Positions 60,458 through 64,000 of a stretch of DNA of 64,000 nt are shown here, one piece after another (position 1 is the stretch's first letter; every line of letters starts with the position of its first letter). The stretch comes from Candidatus Methylomirabilota bacterium. Its GTDB lineage: Bacteria; Methylomirabilota; Methylomirabilia; Rokubacteriales; CSP1-6. The translations under genes and the position numbers were made by a program. The DNA lies in assembly GCA_035457825.1 (NCBI GenBank), contig DATIAY010000171.1, positions 6,920 through 70,919 on the forward strand, written 5' to 3'. The notes beneath the pieces are model-generated. The model had not been told where the DNA came from, searched no databases, and worked only from the letters and a program-made list of their open reading frames with translations.

Positions 60458-60461
60458 AGAC

Positions 60462-61652
60462 GTGAACGAGGAACCCAGCGATCGGGCGAGACGGCTCCGG
60501 GTCGGCATCTTCGTCCTGGTCGCCGTCATGGCGTTCCTGGGGATGATCTATGCCCTGGGAGCGCGGACGCGGCTCTTCGAACCCCGCTACAGCATCCACG
60601 CCGAGTTCACGGAGGTGGCCGGGCTCACTGAGGGCGCGACGGTACGGCTGGCCGGAGTGCAGATCGGCCGGGTGGCGGATGTGCACCTGCTCGCCCAGCC
60701 CGGTGGCAAGGTGCGGGTCGAGCTCAACATCGCCAGGCGTTACGCAGACCGCATCCGGCAGGACTCCATCGCCCGCATCGAGACCCAGGGGCTCCTGGGA
60801 GACAAGATCGTTGAGATCACCGTGGGCACCGCCGGAGCGCCGCCGCTTCGCTCTGGCGAGACCATCACCACTCGTGACCCCACGAATATCGCCGAGGCCA
60901 TCAACAGCGGCGCCGAGACGATGAAGAACGTGGCGGCGGTCGCCGAGAGCCTCCGCCAGACGGCGGAAAGTTTCAACCAGACCAAGATCGTCGAGGACAT
61001 CGCGGCAGCCTCGGCCACGGCGCGCAGAGCCACCGAGCAGTTCGCCCGCATCGGGGCGGAGGTGGAGAAGGGCCGGGGCTGGGCCCATGCCCTGATCTAC
61101 GAGGAGCCCCAGGCCCTGCGCCGGCTCAACCGCCTCCTGGCGGCCACTCAGAGCGTGCTCGATCGGGTAGAGCGGGGAGAGGGAGTCGTCGGCGTGCTCA
61201 CCTCCGAGCGATCCACGGAGGCCGCCCGGAAGTTCGTCCAGGCGATGGAGCGGATCGCTCGGCTGTCCGAACGCGGGGAGGAAGGGCTCCTGCCCGCGCT
61301 CCTGTTCGACCCCAAGTACCGGGGCGTACTCGAGGATCTGCGCGTGATGGCGCGGAATTTCCGGGACGTCTCAGACCGGATCGTGGGCGGCCGGGGCACT
61401 CTGGGCAGCCTGGTCAAGGACACCCCCGGTGACGGCAACCTCCGCCTGGCGGTCGAGGATCTGCAGGTCGCCACGGCCAATCTCAAGGCCATCACCACGA
61501 AGATCAACGATGGGGAGGGCACCTTGGGAGCGCTCATCGCGGATCCCACCGTGTACGACCGCCTGGTGACGATCCTGGACGGTGTCCAGCGGAGCCTCTT
61601 GCTTCGCTCACTCATTCGGGGACTCGACAAAGACCGCGGGCAAAAGGAATGA
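60462..61652 (+). CDS. mlaD: MlaD/MCE-domain protein with long C-terminal helical extension
   Basis: N-terminal TM helix and MCE domain (ATVRLAGVQIGRVADV). GTG start 7 nt after AGGTGA. Confidence 0.8.
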   Translation: MNEEPSDRARRLRVGIFVLVAVMAFLGMIYALGARTRLFEPRYSIHAEFTEVAGLTEGATVRLAGVQIGRVADVHLLAQPGGKVRVELNIARRYADRIRQDSIARIETQGLLGDKIVEITVGTAGAPPLRSGETITTRDPTNIAEAINSGAETMKNVAAVAESLRQTAESFNQTKIVEDIAAASATARRATEQFARIGAEVEKGRGWAHALIYEEPQALRRLNRLLAATQSVLDRVERGEGVVGVLTSERSTEAARKFVQAMERIARLSERGEEGLLPALLFDPKYRGVLEDLRVMARNFRDVSDRIVGGRGTLGSLVKDTPGDGNLRLAVEDLQVATANLKAITTKINDGEGTLGALIADPTVYDRLVTILDGVQRSLLLRSLIRGLDKDRGQKE

Positions 61653-63010
61653 GAGACCGGAGCGTCTGGCGCTGCCCGCAGTGCGGGTTCGCGAGCCCCA
61701 AGCCGGGCACGTGTCCTGATTGCAAGCGCGCGACTGGCGAGCTCGCCGTCCTCGTGGAGGAGCGGCAAGGGGGCCCATCCACCGGGCGACGGGCAGTGAC
61801 CGCGACGAATCGGCCCCGCCCGCTCGTGGACATTGCCGCGGAGCGGGTCGAGCGCGTCCGGACCGAGATCGGGGAATTGGACCGCGTGCTGGGCGGTGGT
61901 GTGGTGCCGGGCTCGCTGGTTCTCATCGGGGGGGATCCCGGCATCGGCAAGTCGACGTTGCTGCTTCAGGCGGCCCGGGCCTTGGCCGCTGCCGCCCCCC
62001 CGGTTCTCTATGTCTCCGGAGAGGAGTCGACGGCCCAGGTGCGCCTCCGCGCCGAGCGCCTGGGGATCGGGGGTGACGGCCTGCTGCTGTGGGCCGAGAA
62101 CGACCTGGCCGTGGTCCAGGCCGAACTCGACGCGATCAAGCCGCAGGCTCTGGTCATCGATTCGATCCAGACGGTCTTCCTGCCCGAGCTGGAGTCGGCC
62201 CCCGGGAGCGTGGCTCAGGTCCGCGAGTGCGGAGCTCGCCTCATGTCGCTCGCCAAGGGACGGGGGATGGCCACGTTTCTCGTGGGCCACGTAACGAAAG
62301 AAGGGGCGTTGGCCGGGCCTCGGGTGCTCGAGCACCTCGTGGACACTGTGCTTTACTTCGAGGGGGAGCAGCACCACGCCTATCGAATCCTAAGAGCCGT
62401 GAAGAACCGCTTCGGCTCGACGAACGAGATCGGCGTGTTCCAGATGGCTGAGGGCGGCTTGCTCGAGGTCCCCAACCCGTCGGGCTTCTTCCTGGCCGAG
62501 CGTCCCCAAGGCGCTCCCGGCTCGGTCATTGTCCCCGGGTTAGAGGGCACGCGGCCGCTGTTGTTCGAGCTGCAGGCGCTGGTCAGCTCTGCCTCGTTCG
62601 GGACACCGCGGCGTACGGTGCTCGGAACCGACTACAACCGCGTCTGCCTGCTGCTCGCCGTCCTCGAGAAGCGCGCCGGCGTGCCGCTGGGCACCCAGGA
62701 CGTCTTCGTCAATGTGGCCGGCGGCGGTCGTGTCGTGGAGCCCGCCGCCGACCTCGGCATCGTCCTGGCCGCCGCCTCGAGTTTCCTCGACCGTGCCGTC
62801 CATGGCGAGCTCGTGGTGGTGGGCGAGGTGGGCCTCACGGGTGAGGTTCGGGCGGTGACCGGGCTCGAGACACGGCTGCGCGAGGCCGCGGCGCTCGGAT
62901 TCAAGGAGGCGGTGGTTCCCCAGACGAGTCTGGCCGAGCATCCTCGGCTTCCGCTCGACGTTCACGGTGTCGCCACGGTCCAGGCCGCGCTGGACCTGGT
63001 CCTCGGGTGA
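61649..63010 (+). CDS. radA: DNA repair protein RadA
   Basis: C4 zinc finger CPQCG...CPDC, Walker A GDPGIGKST, KNRFG motif, Lon-like C-terminal domain. Confidence 0.9.
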   Translation: MRDRSVWRCPQCGFASPKPGTCPDCKRATGELAVLVEERQGGPSTGRRAVTATNRPRPLVDIAAERVERVRTEIGELDRVLGGGVVPGSLVLIGGDPGIGKSTLLLQAARALAAAAPPVLYVSGEESTAQVRLRAERLGIGGDGLLLWAENDLAVVQAELDAIKPQALVIDSIQTVFLPELESAPGSVAQVRECGARLMSLAKGRGMATFLVGHVTKEGALAGPRVLEHLVDTVLYFEGEQHHAYRILRAVKNRFGSTNEIGVFQMAEGGLLEVPNPSGFFLAERPQGAPGSVIVPGLEGTRPLLFELQALVSSASFGTPRRTVLGTDYNRVCLLLAVLEKRAGVPLGTQDVFVNVAGGGRVVEPAADLGIVLAAASSFLDRAVHGELVVVGEVGLTGEVRAVTGLETRLREAAALGFKEAVVPQTSLAEHPRLPLDVHGVATVQAALDLVLG

Positions 63011-63720
63011 GCCCGATGTCGGCAGCGCCGCGCGGGCACCGCGGTGACGTGGCGGTCGTCATCCCGGCGGGAGGGTTGGGCACCCGGTTGGGGCGGCGCA
63101 CGCCCAAGCAGCTCCTCACCCTCGGGCGCACGCCGATCCTGGTGGTCACCGTGCGACACTTCGTCGAGCATCCCCGGGTGTCGGCCGTCGTGGTAGCGGC
63201 GCCAACCCCCTACCTCAAGCGCACCCGGCGACTGCTCGCGCCACTCGCCGGGCGGTGTCAGTTGACCGTAGTGGAGGGCGGTCCCACGCGCCAGGAGTCC
63301 GTGTGGCGGGCGCTGCAGGCAACCTCGAGCGATGCCGAATTGATCCTGGTGCACGATGCCGTCCGGCCGTTCATCACGCGAAGGCTCGTCGACGCCGTGC
63401 TGCAGGCGGCCCGGGCCCACGGGGCCGCCCTCTGTGCCCTGCCGATCGCCGAGACGGTGAAGCGGGTCAATGGCGAGTACGTGGAGGCGACGCTCGATCG
63501 GTCGTCGTTGTGGGCCGCCCAGACTCCCCAGGCCTTTCGGGCGGCGCTGCTGCGCGAGGCCCACGAGAAATCGCACCGTGACGGGATTTCCGGGACGGAC
63601 GAAGCGGCGCTCGTCGAGCGCCTGGGCGTGCCCGTGCGTATCGTGCGCGGCCTGGAGGCGAACCTCAAGATCACGACCCCCGACGACCTCCGACGCGCGC
63701 GGGCCTGGGCTCGGCGGTGA
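63007..63720 (+). CDS. ispD: 2-C-methyl-D-erythritol 4-phosphate cytidylyltransferase
   Basis: VIPAGGLGTRLG and VLVHDAVRPF motifs. Confidence 0.85.
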   Translation: MSPMSAAPRGHRGDVAVVIPAGGLGTRLGRRTPKQLLTLGRTPILVVTVRHFVEHPRVSAVVVAAPTPYLKRTRRLLAPLAGRCQLTVVEGGPTRQESVWRALQATSSDAELILVHDAVRPFITRRLVDAVLQAARAHGAALCALPIAETVKRVNGEYVEATLDRSSLWAAQTPQAFRAALLREAHEKSHRDGISGTDEAALVERLGVPVRIVRGLEANLKITTPDDLRRARAWARR

Positions 63721-64000
63721 CGCGAGTCGGCCTGGGCTTCGACCTCCACCCGCTCGTGCGCAATCGCGCGCTCGTCCTGGGCGGCGTGACGATTCCCTCC
63801 GAGGTCGGGCTCGGCGGGCACTCGGACGCCGACGTCCTGGCTCACGCGGTGGGGGAGGCGCTCCTCGGTGCGCTGGCCCTGGGCGACTTGGGCCGGCACT
63901 TCCCCGACACCGATCCGCGCTGGGCTGGAGTCTCGAGCCTCCACCTGCTGGTCGAGGTCATGGGTCTCGTGCGTCGGCACGGCGGACACCTGATCAATGT
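63717..64000 (+). CDS. ispF: 2-C-methyl-D-erythritol 2,4-cyclodiphosphate synthase (3' end outside window)
   Basis: GTG overlaps the ispD stop (GTGA). Translation VGLGFDLHPL...GHSDADVLAHAV...GDLGRHFPDTD matches IspF. This ORF is absent from the supplied track because it is truncated by the window end. Confidence 0.8.
   Translation, partial: MTRVGLGFDLHPLVRNRALVLGGVTIPSEVGLGGHSDADVLAHAVGEALLGALALGDLGRHFPDTDPRWAGVSSLHLLVEVMGLVRRHGGHLIN

Overview
This is a high-GC (about 70%) chromosomal segment from a diderm bacterium. The diderm call rests on the Mla lipid-transport genes, a SurA-like lipoprotein, nuoLMN, rex and the coupled prfA-prmC-murA genes. I cannot place the lineage from sequence alone.

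The window is densely packed with mostly plus-strand housekeeping and metabolic genes, and ATGA/GTGA/TTGA stop-start overlaps between them are pervasive. Gene content, left to right:
- hemE-hemH-hemY heme cluster
- YbaK-type deacylase
- small ORF coupled to an APC permease, then CorA
- thioredoxin-like ferredoxin and BadF-family ATPase (minus strand)
- MlaC-like protein and a Na+/solute symporter
- MurNAc/GlcNAc recycling island: NagZ, DUF1343 (NamZ-like) and MurQ
- IlvD/EDD-family dehydratase
- SDR, acyl-CoA dehydrogenase, enoyl-CoA hydratase
- VIT transporter and gamma-carbonic anhydrase
- type III PKS, methyltransferase, FAD oxidoreductase (srsABC-like), then RraA-like protein
- M23 peptidase
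- orphan nuoL-nuoM-nuoN
- CoA-transferase, HAD, glpD, glpQ, glpK
- Fe3+-type ABC importer
- split F0 ATP synthase cluster atpZ-atpI-atpB-atpE followed by rex
- mfd, SurA-like PPIase, rho, rpmE, prfA, prmC, murA
- hisG-D-B-H-A-F-IE
- lipoprotein and mlaE-F-D
- radA, ispD and partial ispF

I recognised no rRNA, tRNA, CRISPR, transposase or integrase.

The most unusual signal is a set of short intergenic tandem repeats whose period is 3n-1 nt. Each unit ends in a stop that overlaps the start of the next unit (TGATG, TAGTG, TTGA), so the units chain into mini-ORFs bridging the flanking genes. This occurs at hisB/hisH, at the SDR 3' end, and upstream of hemH.
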